This document shows, in pieces, positions 9,030-18,798 of a stretch of DNA of 64,000 nucleotides. A model generated the notes under the pieces. The model made no database searches. It worked only from the letters and a program-made list of their open reading frames with translations, and was not told the origin of the DNA. The position numbers and the translations under genes are program-made. This DNA comes from a virus, in the IMG/VR virus record IMGVR_UViG_3300031992_000005, positions 128,001 to 192,000 of that record, one strand, 5' to 3'. The stretch's first letter is position 1, and each line of letters begins with the position of its first letter.

Positions 9030-9835
9030 AAAGGAAAGTTTTATACCTAGTTATCGGTCTTATACTAGGATTAATTGCAGGTAATCAAGTAATTGGTTGT
9101 TCTGGAGAAGAAAACAGTGATCTTCCTTCTTTCAGAGAATGGAAATATGCTATTGAAGTTCCAGACTCGAAGACAGATAAAATGGTAATTAGCCATACTG
9201 GATTTACTGTCTCTTATAATCCCGATACCAATTGTCCCTCTTGGGTAGCTTGGAACTTAACAAAGGAAGAAGTAGAGCTTAAAAATGTACCGAGGAGTGA
9301 TGAGTTTTTACCAGACCCAGATCTTCTCCCAGAATACAGAGTAGTCACTTCAGATTATACTGGGAGTGGATATGATCGAGGTCATATGTGTCCTGCAGCA
9401 GATATGAGATGGAGTAAGGACGCAATGAGGGACTGCTTTTATATGTCAAATATCTGTCCACAAATTCCTGTCTTGAATAGACAATGGTGGGAACATGCTG
9501 AAGAAGCTTGTAGAAGATGGGCAGTATCTGAAGGCAGTGTTTATATTTGTTGTGGTCCTATTTATGATCCAGACCTAGTTCCAGTTTATATAAGAAAGAG
9601 TCACTCCATTAGAGTACCAGATGGATTCTTTAAAGTTGTCTTATCTTTAAGACCTGGACATGAAAAAGCAATAGGATTTATTTATAGTAATACCGATTCG
9701 CGTCAGCCTATGGAAGATGTAGCCATGACGGTTGATAATGTAGAGGAAGCTGTTGGCATAGACTTCTTCTATTATCTACCTGATAGCTTAGAATCTAGAT
9801 TAGAAGCTGAGTATAACCTTAATTCCTGGAACTGA
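9026..9835 (+). CDS. secreted DNA/RNA non-specific endonuclease (NucA/EndoG family), probable lipoprotein
   Basis: DRGHMCPAAD and SNICPQ motifs. The N-terminus MKRKVLYLVIGLILGLIAGNQVIGCSG looks like a signal peptide with a lipobox-like Cys. Start 9026 forms an ATGA overlap; the track start is 8978. Confidence 0.85.
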   Translation: MKRKVLYLVIGLILGLIAGNQVIGCSGEENSDLPSFREWKYAIEVPDSKTDKMVISHTGFTVSYNPDTNCPSWVAWNLTKEEVELKNVPRSDEFLPDPDLLPEYRVVTSDYTGSGYDRGHMCPAADMRWSKDAMRDCFYMSNICPQIPVLNRQWWEHAEEACRRWAVSEGSVYICCGPIYDPDLVPVYIRKSHSIRVPDGFFKVVLSLRPGHEKAIGFIYSNTDSRQPMEDVAMTVDNVEEAVGIDFFYYLPDSLESRLEAEYNLNSWN

Positions 9836-10044
9836 TGGAGAGGTATTACAAGCATTATAAGGGGAATATCTATAAGTTTATTCTTGAATGTATAAATTCG
9901 GAGACCTTAGAGCCTATGATTGTCTATCAAGCAACATATGGAGATCATCAGGTCTGGGTCCGGCCAAAAAGGATGTTTGATGAGATGGTTACTCTTCCTA
10001 ATGGTGAGACAGTCAAGAGATTTACTGAAATTCCCCCAGATTAA
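9835..10044 (+). CDS. DUF1653-like small protein
   Basis: YKHYKGNIYKF...MIVYQATYGD...VWVRPKRMF pattern. Confidence 0.6.
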   Translation: MERYYKHYKGNIYKFILECINSETLEPMIVYQATYGDHQVWVRPKRMFDEMVTLPNGETVKRFTEIPPD

Positions 10045-10074
10045 TTTATTTATTTTTAAAACCCTTAAGTTATT

Positions 10075-10239
10075 ATGAGCATGGAATCTATGGCCAAGAA
10101 AATACTTGGTAATGAAGGAGCTATCAAAGATCTCATTAAGAAGATGGAAAAGTTAGGTAAAAAAATAAGTCTCATGGCTAGTGAGATAACTCATCTAAAG
10201 AGAGAGAACAAAGACTTAAGGCGAAGACTATCGGATTAG
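10075..10239 (+). CDS. small coiled-coil-like ORF (54 aa, below the track cutoff)
   Basis: Hand-translated: MSMESMAKKILGNEGAIKDLIKKMEKLGKKISLMASEITHLKRENKDLRRRLSD. It fills an otherwise empty gap. Confidence 0.3.
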   Translation: MSMESMAKKILGNEGAIKDLIKKMEKLGKKISLMASEITHLKRENKDLRRRLSD

Positions 10240-10293
10240 AAAAATACGGGCTGGGGATGTCATGCTGGATACCTTCAGCCCCTTATTCATGTT

Positions 10294-10983
10294 ATGAAGC
10301 AGAATAAATCTATTTTACTGATTAAGAGTAATCGTTCTTTTCCTGGTTTCTTATCAACGGAAGAAGTGATTATATATAATCTTGTGTTTTCTGAACCGTC
10401 GTTAAGTATATATAACCTACAAAATATACACTTAATAGGGGACGGTGACCGTATATTAAGAGATACAATAAATAAATTAATTGGAGGTAGGGGATGGGTA
10501 CCGGTATATTCTGAATCTTCATTGAAGAATTTTGATGAAGAGAAATTTGTATCATTTCTTGAAAAATATCGTCCCGAATTTACAACAAAGTTGGGACGGA
10601 TTAAGACGAAGCTGGAGATTAGTTTCGCAACGAGATCTAAAGTTAAACTAGTCAGAGTAGAAAGATTGCTTAACATAATTAAGATTCCAGGGAGAGTAGC
10701 AGTTCATACTATAAATAAGAAGTTATATAGGAGCTTAAAGGCCACAGGGCCAGAAGTAGATCCTAATAGCTATTTATTAAGTTTCCCTGATGATGAAAGT
10801 TTAGCAAAATTTTCTAAGAGATTTGTGGATTACTGTTGGAAAGAAGTATTACCAGATTTATCTTGGTACTTAGGTTACATCAGAAACAAGGATAGTTGTT
10901 TTGGTTTACCACATGATCCTTATGTTCGATTGGAATTGCTTGGAGCAGTAATTACAGCTTGGTATGAAAAGAATCCCCTTTAA
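10294..10983 (+). CDS. hypothetical protein
   Basis: 229-aa track ORF, longer than the antisense ORF 10287..10676 and co-oriented with its neighbours. Confidence 0.5.
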   Translation: MKQNKSILLIKSNRSFPGFLSTEEVIIYNLVFSEPSLSIYNLQNIHLIGDGDRILRDTINKLIGGRGWVPVYSESSLKNFDEEKFVSFLEKYRPEFTTKLGRIKTKLEISFATRSKVKLVRVERLLNIIKIPGRVAVHTINKKLYRSLKATGPEVDPNSYLLSFPDDESLAKFSKRFVDYCWKEVLPDLSWYLGYIRNKDSCFGLPHDPYVRLELLGAVITAWYEKNPL

Positions 10984-11630
10984 AACCTTATAGATATAAG
11001 GGTGAAGTGTAGAGTTAATTAAAATTTATATTAATCTCTAATTATGTAATATTGTTTGAAGAAAAAAAACACTTCACCTTAACTACTATCAAATCCTAGG
11101 AGCCTTTCCGTGGCATAGTAGATCAGTACTACTAAAGTTAGGAAGCTAATGCCTAGGCGATGGCATTATTAGAAATAATTTTGCCGGAGTATGGTGACAT
11201 TCGAGATTTATTATTAAATGTCAATTTGCCTAAACACAATAACAACTTATAGACATATGAAAACAACAATGAATATTAAAATGAGTTATAAACAGAACAG
11301 TAACAACGATTATGTTGATTATTATTCATAGTAATCAACTGATCCAAATACTTCTATCTTTATATTATGATTATTAATTGTGGAGACTATTAAAAAGAAT
11401 TTTGAAAGATAAAAAGGTTTGGATAGTTGGGGCAATTACTTTAAAGCGGGAAAACCAATTACTATGAATAATTCTACAGAAATTACAAATAATGTTCACG
11501 AGTCTTCTGGGCTTATTTGATTGAAATTTCTGTAGAAATGACGAGGAAACATTACGTTTCCCTTTATTTTTGCTCTTCCCAGCCAGGAAATTCCTTACGG
11601 ATGAATGATAAAATGTAAATTAAAGGTATT

Positions 11631-13154
11631 ATGTTTATAGATATAGAACAATTATTAGACTACGATTGTATGCCACTCCCAAATAAGTTAGTGGTATATG
11701 CAGTAGGTAAAACTCCTCCAGGTGCAGTTAAATCTGCTTACACTGAACTGTTTGATGTGAACAATGTGGTTCCATTAGCAATTTCTCCAGATTATAGAGC
11801 ATCTAGGGATAAGAAGAGTAAATTGAGTGTACTTACATCGCTTCTTGGAATATCCGAACCTTGTTGGTGGGTGAATCCAGATTTTGGTATGAAAACTTTT
11901 CAGATTGAAAATAAAAATATCAAAATCGGCTTACCTAAGTTAAAAGTAAATGCTGGGGATGATCTGAAATATTTATGGTATTGTTCCGGAGCAGGAATCC
12001 CAAATAACTATTTATCTATCGTTAGTATAACTTCTCCTGAATTAGAGAAAATTTTTCCGGGGAAACAGTTTATCTTAGGCTTAACTGGTGATATCTTTAT
12101 GAAATTAATTTATTCACAAAGGACTATGATAGATGGATGGTATCCCATAAATTTTTCATTTTATCCAGCTAGGGGAAATAATTGTGTAATGTTTCCTATT
12201 ATTCAAGATGATAGGAGTAAGATTCAAAATACTCTTCGTGGCTATGCTGAGAAATTATCTCACAAAATTGAGAAAACTCTTATTCCGGGTCACTTATATA
12301 TTAGGAAGGACTTAAAAAACTTTGTTTATCTCTACCTAGGGAAAATAAAGAATACCTTAATCAGTCGGCCTTTCTTTGGAGGGCATCCTATTTATTATAA
12401 TTTCACTGATGTCAAGCTCAATGCTTGGGATAATCCTTATTATGATTATAGTCATAGAAAATTATCAGGTGACTTGTTCTTGAAGTATACCTGGGAAGAA
12501 GGTTATGGGACAAAATGTATAATAGATTTTGAAAGAAAAAGAAAAATAGATTTCCTAAGGTTTATTGATACATACATATTTATGCCCTATGCAGATTGTA
12601 TGAAGAACAACCTGTATCTTTCATCTGAAAATTCTAATATCGGATGTGTAGATCTTGGAGAAGTTTTTGAGTTTGATGATAGCATGCATGACTTAGATTC
12701 TTATCTTAAGGGAAAATCAAAGAAAGCCGCATTGGAGGCTTTACATTCTCTCCGCTCAGATGAGAAGTCGATTAAGAGTATTAATTTCTTTAAGAAATGG
12801 TATTTTGCTTGGTATCCAGATATTATTAACGAAAACCCTGACCTTAAGTCTTTATATATAGAAGTAATCTCAGATGAACTCTTTATACGACTGGCTAATA
12901 TGTTAGGTCATAAGATAAGTTCAATGGTATATAGTGCCCCTGATATTATGTCTAAAGCATACGACAAATTCTTTGAAGTTGATGAAATTAGTCAATTGGA
13001 AAAAATTTGGAAATCTGATATGGAAGACTTTTTCAGTAATATAATGATTAATTTAACGGAGAAAGAGAAGATTAACGTTCTAAACTCTGTTAGAGATAGA
13101 GGAATAGATTATGTAAAAACTAAGAGACAGCAAATTTCAAAAATAAATGAATGA
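11631..13154 (+). CDS. hypothetical protein (507 aa)
   Basis: Long track ORF; no motif recognised. Confidence 0.6.
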   Translation: MFIDIEQLLDYDCMPLPNKLVVYAVGKTPPGAVKSAYTELFDVNNVVPLAISPDYRASRDKKSKLSVLTSLLGISEPCWWVNPDFGMKTFQIENKNIKIGLPKLKVNAGDDLKYLWYCSGAGIPNNYLSIVSITSPELEKIFPGKQFILGLTGDIFMKLIYSQRTMIDGWYPINFSFYPARGNNCVMFPIIQDDRSKIQNTLRGYAEKLSHKIEKTLIPGHLYIRKDLKNFVYLYLGKIKNTLISRPFFGGHPIYYNFTDVKLNAWDNPYYDYSHRKLSGDLFLKYTWEEGYGTKCIIDFERKRKIDFLRFIDTYIFMPYADCMKNNLYLSSENSNIGCVDLGEVFEFDDSMHDLDSYLKGKSKKAALEALHSLRSDEKSIKSINFFKKWYFAWYPDIINENPDLKSLYIEVISDELFIRLANMLGHKISSMVYSAPDIMSKAYDKFFEVDEISQLEKIWKSDMEDFFSNIMINLTEKEKINVLNSVRDRGIDYVKTKRQQISKINE

Positions 13155-13455
13155 TTATACTGTAATTATAAAAGTTTTTGCAAAAGAGGGTGAACAAGAT
13201 ATATCTGTATCTAATGTATCTAGGGAAGACTTAGAACTATTAAGTCCTCTAATAATAGAAATTAGAAATCATAAAGGATGGTTTCCTCACAATATGGTAG
13301 GTCCGGAGAGATTTCCAACGGCAGAGGAATTGTATTGTAAGTTTCCTGCACTTGAAATACTAAACTCAATGGTACCAGAACCTCTATCTGGTTTCAATAC
13401 TATCATCTTCTTAAAAGTGTTTAGTGAAGATCCGCAAGAAATTGTAATGGTCTAA
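13147..13455 (+). CDS. hypothetical protein
   Basis: Track ORF; 8-nt overlap with the upstream gene. Confidence 0.5.
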   Translation: MNDYTVIIKVFAKEGEQDISVSNVSREDLELLSPLIIEIRNHKGWFPHNMVGPERFPTAEELYCKFPALEILNSMVPEPLSGFNTIIFLKVFSEDPQEIVMV

Positions 13456-13613
13456 AAACCTTATATGTGTATTACAACAAACACACTATATATGGCTATG
13501 GCTAACAACTTTCAAAAAGAAGATGCACCAATTGAAATAGCAAATCAGGGTGCGGGTAATGAAACAACAACAATGGTAGGATATCCAGAAATTTATCTAC
13601 CATAGTTATTAGA

Positions 13614-13646
13614 GTGAGGTATTTTCTATTATTGGGAAAACCTCAC
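13614..13646 (+). terminator. intrinsic-terminator-like hairpin
   Basis: Stem gtgaggt...acctcac followed by tttttaaat. Confidence 0.55.
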
Positions 13647-13666
13647 TTTTTAAATCTTTAAATTTT

Positions 13667-14218
13667 ATGGGAAATTTTAAAGAAGCAATAGATCAGTTAA
13701 CCGGAAAAACCTCTAAAGAGATAATAGAGAACTTAACTCCTAGGACAGACCTAAGTAATCAAGAGAAAACGATTGTATATACTTACTTATGTCCAGAGCC
13801 ATTAAGCGATAGGGAATTACCTAATGTTCTCTTGGCCGGTAGAGGAGATCATAAGGAAGGATTTTTATCTGAGAATTTTGGAGAGATCATGTCATTACTC
13901 AGAGCATATAGATCACCGCAATATAATAGGTTTATCTTACACTTACTTCATTCCTATGTACAGAATCAATCCAGTATTTACATAGTGAATGAACAGGATA
14001 ATGCAAACTGTTGTGTATGTGGAAAACCATTATATGCGCATGATGTTTGGTCAAAGAAATGCGCAGAGAATCCATCCTTTGGTGAACAAGATAGAAAAGA
14101 ATACCTAGAATATGCCAGTTCACAAAGCACACTTAGAATATGCTTAAACTGCGCATTACAATTAGCAGGACTTCATCGATTATTAACTATCGTAGAGGGT
14201 CCTGGATATCTACACTAA
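13667..14218 (+). CDS. hypothetical Cys-rich protein (possible zinc ribbon)
   Basis: CCVCGKP...C and CLNC cysteine pairs; otherwise unrecognised. Confidence 0.5.
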   Translation: MGNFKEAIDQLTGKTSKEIIENLTPRTDLSNQEKTIVYTYLCPEPLSDRELPNVLLAGRGDHKEGFLSENFGEIMSLLRAYRSPQYNRFILHLLHSYVQNQSSIYIVNEQDNANCCVCGKPLYAHDVWSKKCAENPSFGEQDRKEYLEYASSQSTLRICLNCALQLAGLHRLLTIVEGPGYLH

Positions 14219-14258
14219 AGTGAAAAAACGCAGTTCTTGAGGCATAAATACCTTAAGG

Positions 14259-14903
14259 TTGAAAGAGCGTTTGTTAAGGTTGAGTCTAAACAATGATGTT
14301 CTTGGACTCAGCCCTTCTTTTATTTATCTTATGAAAATTGAAGAGTTTTATTTCCCTGATATTCCATATCAGCCGTACCCAGTACATCTCATTTCTTCTA
14401 GTGGAAGATTAACCAATTTCAAATCAATAATATATCCTAGTGCATCGTCGGCCAAGAGATATACTAGGAATAAGCAGTTAAAGCATAGAAGCTTACAGGC
14501 TAAGATATTTGACTCATTGATAAATATTGGTTATTTTGATCCACTCATAGTCTATAGAGAATTTCCAGTGCCAGTTCAGAATTGCTATAGACTTCAAGGG
14601 CAGAAGAGATTATATTATATATGTGATTACTATTTTCCTACTTTAAAATTAGCGGTAGAACTTGATTCAGACTATCATGACAATCAAGTAAAAGATACTG
14701 ATGAGATTAGAGATCGTTACCTAAAGGAGGTTCATGGAGTTTCTGTTTTTAGAATAAGAGATTTTCAGAAAAGTACTGTTCAGAAAACTAAGTTCTTAGA
14801 GCTTAGGAATCTTATGAAATCATTGGTACCTTTAGAAAAACCTGAGGTCCTGATTTTCACTACGGATTTATGTAAGTTCTATAGTGAAAAAAGTAATCCC
14901 TGA
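14259..14903 (+). CDS. DUF559/Vsr-like (PD-(D/E)XK fold) endonuclease-domain protein
   Basis: The C-terminal region YYICDYYFPTLKLAVELDSDYHDNQ..DTDEIRDRYLKEVHGVSVFRIRDF matches the DUF559 pattern (xDFyfp..laiExDg..H...D..Rd..L...G..v.R). The track start is TTG; the first ATG is at 14331. Confidence 0.5.
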   Translation: MKERLLRLSLNNDVLGLSPSFIYLMKIEEFYFPDIPYQPYPVHLISSSGRLTNFKSIIYPSASSAKRYTRNKQLKHRSLQAKIFDSLINIGYFDPLIVYREFPVPVQNCYRLQGQKRLYYICDYYFPTLKLAVELDSDYHDNQVKDTDEIRDRYLKEVHGVSVFRIRDFQKSTVQKTKFLELRNLMKSLVPLEKPEVLIFTTDLCKFYSEKSNP

Positions 14904-14950
14904 ACCGTCTAATACCTTATAGAAGAAATATTAATTTGTAGATCGTAATT

Positions 14951-15574
14951 ATGGTAAAAGTTACAGCCGGAATTGATGCTAGTAACGGAACATTCTTTTG
15001 TGTGTCCGTAGATACAAATTTATTGAAGAGCTTTTATAATAATCTGCACGGGATGTTAGTAAATACTAAAAATATCCCTGAAGGATTAAAATTGGAGAGA
15101 ACCAGCCAGCACTCTGTTCTCATTACGTTCCCTATAAAAGAGGAATCGTTAAAGAGAAGTAGTGGTAATGATAAGATGGTTGGTGTATCTGATGAAGTTC
15201 AGAGCTCGTATGATAGAATTATAGAAGTGATACAGAAATTCTGTAGTGAATCTATCAAGCATATGATGAAGCGGGTTGAGTTTATACCTCTATTCGATTT
15301 TGACGGTGTCGGAAAAGCGAAAGATTATTCCCTTGAACAGATGAGAGGGGATGTTGAAAATGCAAATAAGAAGCATAGAGATATATGCATAATTCGCAGT
15401 TATGATCAATTCCTTAATATGGTGGATAGACACTATACATTTGATCAGCATTATATTTGCTATAAGGAAGATAGTAATGAGTATACTGACTTTGTACTTG
15501 ACGTGCATTGCGGCAAGTTAAAGGAGTTGAGAAAGAAATATAAAGGAAAATTGAAAACATTAAATTGGGTTTAA
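14951..15574 (+). CDS. hypothetical protein
   Basis: 207-aa track ORF. Confidence 0.5.
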   Translation: MVKVTAGIDASNGTFFCVSVDTNLLKSFYNNLHGMLVNTKNIPEGLKLERTSQHSVLITFPIKEESLKRSSGNDKMVGVSDEVQSSYDRIIEVIQKFCSESIKHMMKRVEFIPLFDFDGVGKAKDYSLEQMRGDVENANKKHRDICIIRSYDQFLNMVDRHYTFDQHYICYKEDSNEYTDFVLDVHCGKLKELRKKYKGKLKTLNWV

Positions 15575-15580
15575 AGATAA

Positions 15581-15615
15581 GTGAGAGAAGAAAAATGATG
15601 AGTTTCTTTTCTCAC
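15581..15615 (+). terminator. intrinsic-terminator-like hairpin
   Basis: 13-bp stem with one mismatch (gtgagagaagaaa / tttcttttctcac) followed by ttttt. Confidence 0.6.
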
Positions 15616-15637
15616 TTTTTAATTATATGAAAATTAT

Positions 15638-16246
15638 ATGATAACGTTAGCAGATCGAGGTGCCAGTAATATAACAGTAATGACAACGGGGGAACCATTA
15701 CCTCCAGATGGAACTGACGATTACATCAAGATTGCTCTCTTAGGATCAACTGATATGATCGATGGGGGCGAGTTAGACTGGTATCAGAAATTTTGTACAG
15801 GCTTGGCTATTATAGCAGGCCGAGAATCCAGTAGAGGAGTAAATATATTTAAGAGTCTTAATTACTTAATCTTTAATTGTAAGACTCCACCAGTACCAGA
15901 CGGTACTATGTCTGTTAATAATCCAGCTTTTGTTAACCACCTTAGCTGGTGTTGTGACGTAGCTACTGCAGCAGATGGTATATTTGTTAATTTCTTGAAG
16001 AATAGTCAAAGTGTAATGCCAGTGTATTGGTTTTCGCTTTTTGCACAATCAGGGAAGCTAGTATGTAGAGTTCCCCTAGAGCAAGATTATATCTTTTCGG
16101 GACTAGTAAATACTACGTGCCAACGCTTTAATATTCCATGTTTCCCAGGGAAAATGGGAAATGTAATGTCAGTCATTCAGGCATTTTTCAACTTTGTGCC
16201 TAAAATGCAAATCCTTAGTAATCCAGCAATACAGTTACCTGAATGA
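15638..16246 (+). CDS. hypothetical protein
   Basis: 202-aa track ORF. Confidence 0.5.
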   Translation: MITLADRGASNITVMTTGEPLPPDGTDDYIKIALLGSTDMIDGGELDWYQKFCTGLAIIAGRESSRGVNIFKSLNYLIFNCKTPPVPDGTMSVNNPAFVNHLSWCCDVATAADGIFVNFLKNSQSVMPVYWFSLFAQSGKLVCRVPLEQDYIFSGLVNTTCQRFNIPCFPGKMGNVMSVIQAFFNFVPKMQILSNPAIQLPE

Positions 16247-17451
16247 GAAGCCTTATCATATTGAAGGGCTTAGTTAAATCAGATAAACAGAATTGGGTGA
16301 AAAGGGAAGGCCTTATGAACTTTTTCTTAGACATTGATTATATTAAGAAACTATTCTATAGGCCAGATTATAAGGGGAGCAAAGAATTCCTAACGAGATC
16401 TTTTGATGATGTAGTTTATAAAGTATTTCTTCAGGCACTTTGCTCCCGTTTATCAACGGGGACCTTAGTGGTCGTTGATATTGATAATGATTCTGTCTCT
16501 TCGATAGAAGACTTAGCGTTTATATTTGGATATACTGTTTTTTATCATGTTGAATCAACACCATACGATTACGTTGGAAAGAATAAAAAATATTGTAATT
16601 TTCAATATATAGTACCGACTAAAGATACATTGAAGAGGGAAGTATTGGATTTTAATAATATTGATTATACAGGAAAAAACCTAATTAATAATTATGCAGA
16701 TATAGAGGATTATTGGAAACCTTTGACACGAACAACAATAATTGATAAGAATGATACGGTTCTACATATATCAGACCTACATTCACATTGGAATTTACTT
16801 AACACTAAAGTACCTAAATTTTCCAAATATCCTCTAGTCGTGTTTGCCGGAGATTACATAGATGGACCAGAAAAAGGTGGTAGCAGAAGATTAATAGAAC
16901 AAATCCTTGGGTATAAAGGAACGAATGCTATTTTCCTGGAGGGAAATCATGAACTTCGACTTAGAAAATACTTGGGTTATACCTATATCAAAGGAAAAGG
17001 AAAGAAAATAGTATCTGAAGTTTTATTAAATGAATTATCAGAAGAATTTCTTCAAAAAACGGCAGATGAATTCTCAGACTTAAAAATGCTAGATTCATAT
17101 GAAATGTTGTTGGGGATGAATAATATATTCAGAGAATCTTTTATTTATGAAAGAGGAAAAGATACATATATTTGTACTCATGCGGGTCTTAGATGGATAG
17201 ATCAGATAAGCCCAAAATTTATAGGAAATGTAATATATTCAAATAAGAATACCGAGAGAGTAGATCTTGCTTTCTCTGAGAGATATAATCAAGATAATAT
17301 ATGGTCAATTCATGGACATTGTAAGTATAATGTCATGGAGTTCTGCCGATTCCCTGGAGTCATTAACTTTGATACCGAGGATGAAACTAAGGTAAACTAT
17401 TTTATAAATTATCCGAATAAAAAAATTAAAGTATGTGTAGTAAAAGATTAG
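16243..17451 (+). CDS. two-domain protein with a C-terminal calcineurin-like metallophosphoesterase
   Basis: VLHISDLHSHW, FAGDYIDGPEKG, LEGNHE, THAG and IHGHC. The N-terminal 170 aa or so are unassigned. Confidence 0.7.
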   Translation: MRSLIILKGLVKSDKQNWVKREGLMNFFLDIDYIKKLFYRPDYKGSKEFLTRSFDDVVYKVFLQALCSRLSTGTLVVVDIDNDSVSSIEDLAFIFGYTVFYHVESTPYDYVGKNKKYCNFQYIVPTKDTLKREVLDFNNIDYTGKNLINNYADIEDYWKPLTRTTIIDKNDTVLHISDLHSHWNLLNTKVPKFSKYPLVVFAGDYIDGPEKGGSRRLIEQILGYKGTNAIFLEGNHELRLRKYLGYTYIKGKGKKIVSEVLLNELSEEFLQKTADEFSDLKMLDSYEMLLGMNNIFRESFIYERGKDTYICTHAGLRWIDQISPKFIGNVIYSNKNTERVDLAFSERYNQDNIWSIHGHCKYNVMEFCRFPGVINFDTEDETKVNYFINYPNKKIKVCVVKD

Positions 17452-18137
17452 TAAAACTGAGACTTAAGGCGAGAGATTTCTATAGTATAGAAAAAGCTCT
17501 TGGCCTAATACAAGCTAAGGAGTATAATGATGAAATTGAGTTTGAGGCTGAAATTCCAGATGATAAGAAAACTATGGAATTCCTAGTAACTTCTCCAGAG
17601 GTATTACATTGGGATTTTATTGAACAGCCTAAACCTAGGGAATATACTATTCCTAGTGGAGATGCTGTATCTGCCTCTGTACATGAACCTGGAGTAGATG
17701 AACCTAAGGTAGTATTTTCATATTCAGGTGGAGATGTACAAGGACAACTTGACCCAGAAGATCCAGAGAATGTGATTGGGCTGTTAATGGAAAAGTATGG
17801 TTCCGAGTACTTGACAGTGGCTAGTATTCTTAGGATAGTTCTTCAATTTAAGAAATTTTATACAAAAAGTCCTGCCCTGAGATTTACTTCAAATATTATC
17901 ACTTCTTATGTTATCAAGGTTGATGTTGAGGCTGAGTTTGAAGAATTCAGAAGTTCACATAAAGACTTAGTGGATAAGCTCATAGTACATCTTAGAAATG
18001 AATGTACGGGAGAACCAAATGCTTATTATGACTATCAGTATCTGATCAGAACATTGAAAAAGTTTTGGTTACTTGGGAAATTATCTAAGGAGAATGTTGA
18101 TGAACTCCTAACTAATATTTATGGAGTCTTAGAATGA
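17433..18137 (+). CDS. hypothetical protein
   Basis: Track ORF. Confidence 0.5.
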   Translation: MCSKRLVKLRLKARDFYSIEKALGLIQAKEYNDEIEFEAEIPDDKKTMEFLVTSPEVLHWDFIEQPKPREYTIPSGDAVSASVHEPGVDEPKVVFSYSGGDVQGQLDPEDPENVIGLLMEKYGSEYLTVASILRIVLQFKKFYTKSPALRFTSNIITSYVIKVDVEAEFEEFRSSHKDLVDKLIVHLRNECTGEPNAYYDYQYLIRTLKKFWLLGKLSKENVDELLTNIYGVLE

Positions 18138-18469
18138 TTACATTAACTCCTGGCATTAAGTCCTCTCTCTTATTAGCTAGAATCAAGAATATAATTTATT
18201 ATAGACTTGAAGTTGAGCCTAAAGATCCTGAGAGAATAAGATGTCAATATCAACCTGTCTTAAGAAAACTTAGGAAGGATATCTTGGATATCCTACCTGA
18301 GATAATGGATGATAAGGAAACTTATCAAATATTGGATGAAGTAGTCCAAACAATACCTCCTATGGTAAAAACTGAGAATTGCTTGGAAGTTATTCAAGAA
18401 CTATGTCAAGTGATAAGAAAAAAGAACGAAGAAAACAGAGACATGACAAACATGTCAAAGAAGAATTAA
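18134..18469 (+). CDS. hypothetical protein
   Basis: Track ORF with ATGA overlap. Confidence 0.45.
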   Translation: MITLTPGIKSSLLLARIKNIIYYRLEVEPKDPERIRCQYQPVLRKLRKDILDILPEIMDDKETYQILDEVVQTIPPMVKTENCLEVIQELCQVIRKKNEENRDMTNMSKKN

Positions 18470-18798
18470 CTTATAAACAGGAAGCATGGGAAGCTGGGAA
18501 ATTGATTATGGAAAATCATAACCAGAGTCAGTTTTCACCAACCTTTACTTCGAAGTTAACTGATAGATTATATTCCTATATCCTGGGGGAACGTAATTCC
18601 TGTAAGTCAGCAGAGGATTTTGTTGTGGGCTTCAGAAAATATAAAGCCGCTATACAAGAACTATTGATCTACTGGAATCCTACATGTAACAAAGGTAGTG
18701 AATATGATTATCTCAAGAGACTCCTGGAAGTATACTGGGATGAAGTTAGGGATAAACAAAATCCTATGGCCTTATTAGATTCTGCTTATGATCAATGA
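18379..18798 (+). CDS. hypothetical protein (true start probably downstream of 18379)
   Basis: Track ORF; 91-nt overlap with the previous ORF suggests a later start. Confidence 0.4.
   Translation: MLGSYSRTMSSDKKKERRKQRHDKHVKEELTYKQEAWEAGKLIMENHNQSQFSPTFTSKLTDRLYSYILGERNSCKSAEDFVVGFRKYKAAIQELLIYWNPTCNKGSEYDYLKRLLEVYWDEVRDKQNPMALLDSAYDQ

Noticed and set aside
10287-10676. 129-aa minus-strand ORF almost coextensive with the 5' half of + ORF 10294-10983.
   Set aside because: The + ORF is longer, matches the genome-wide orientation and ends at a sensible intergenic boundary. I cannot exclude the minus ORF without codon-usage statistics, so confidence in the + call is only moderate.
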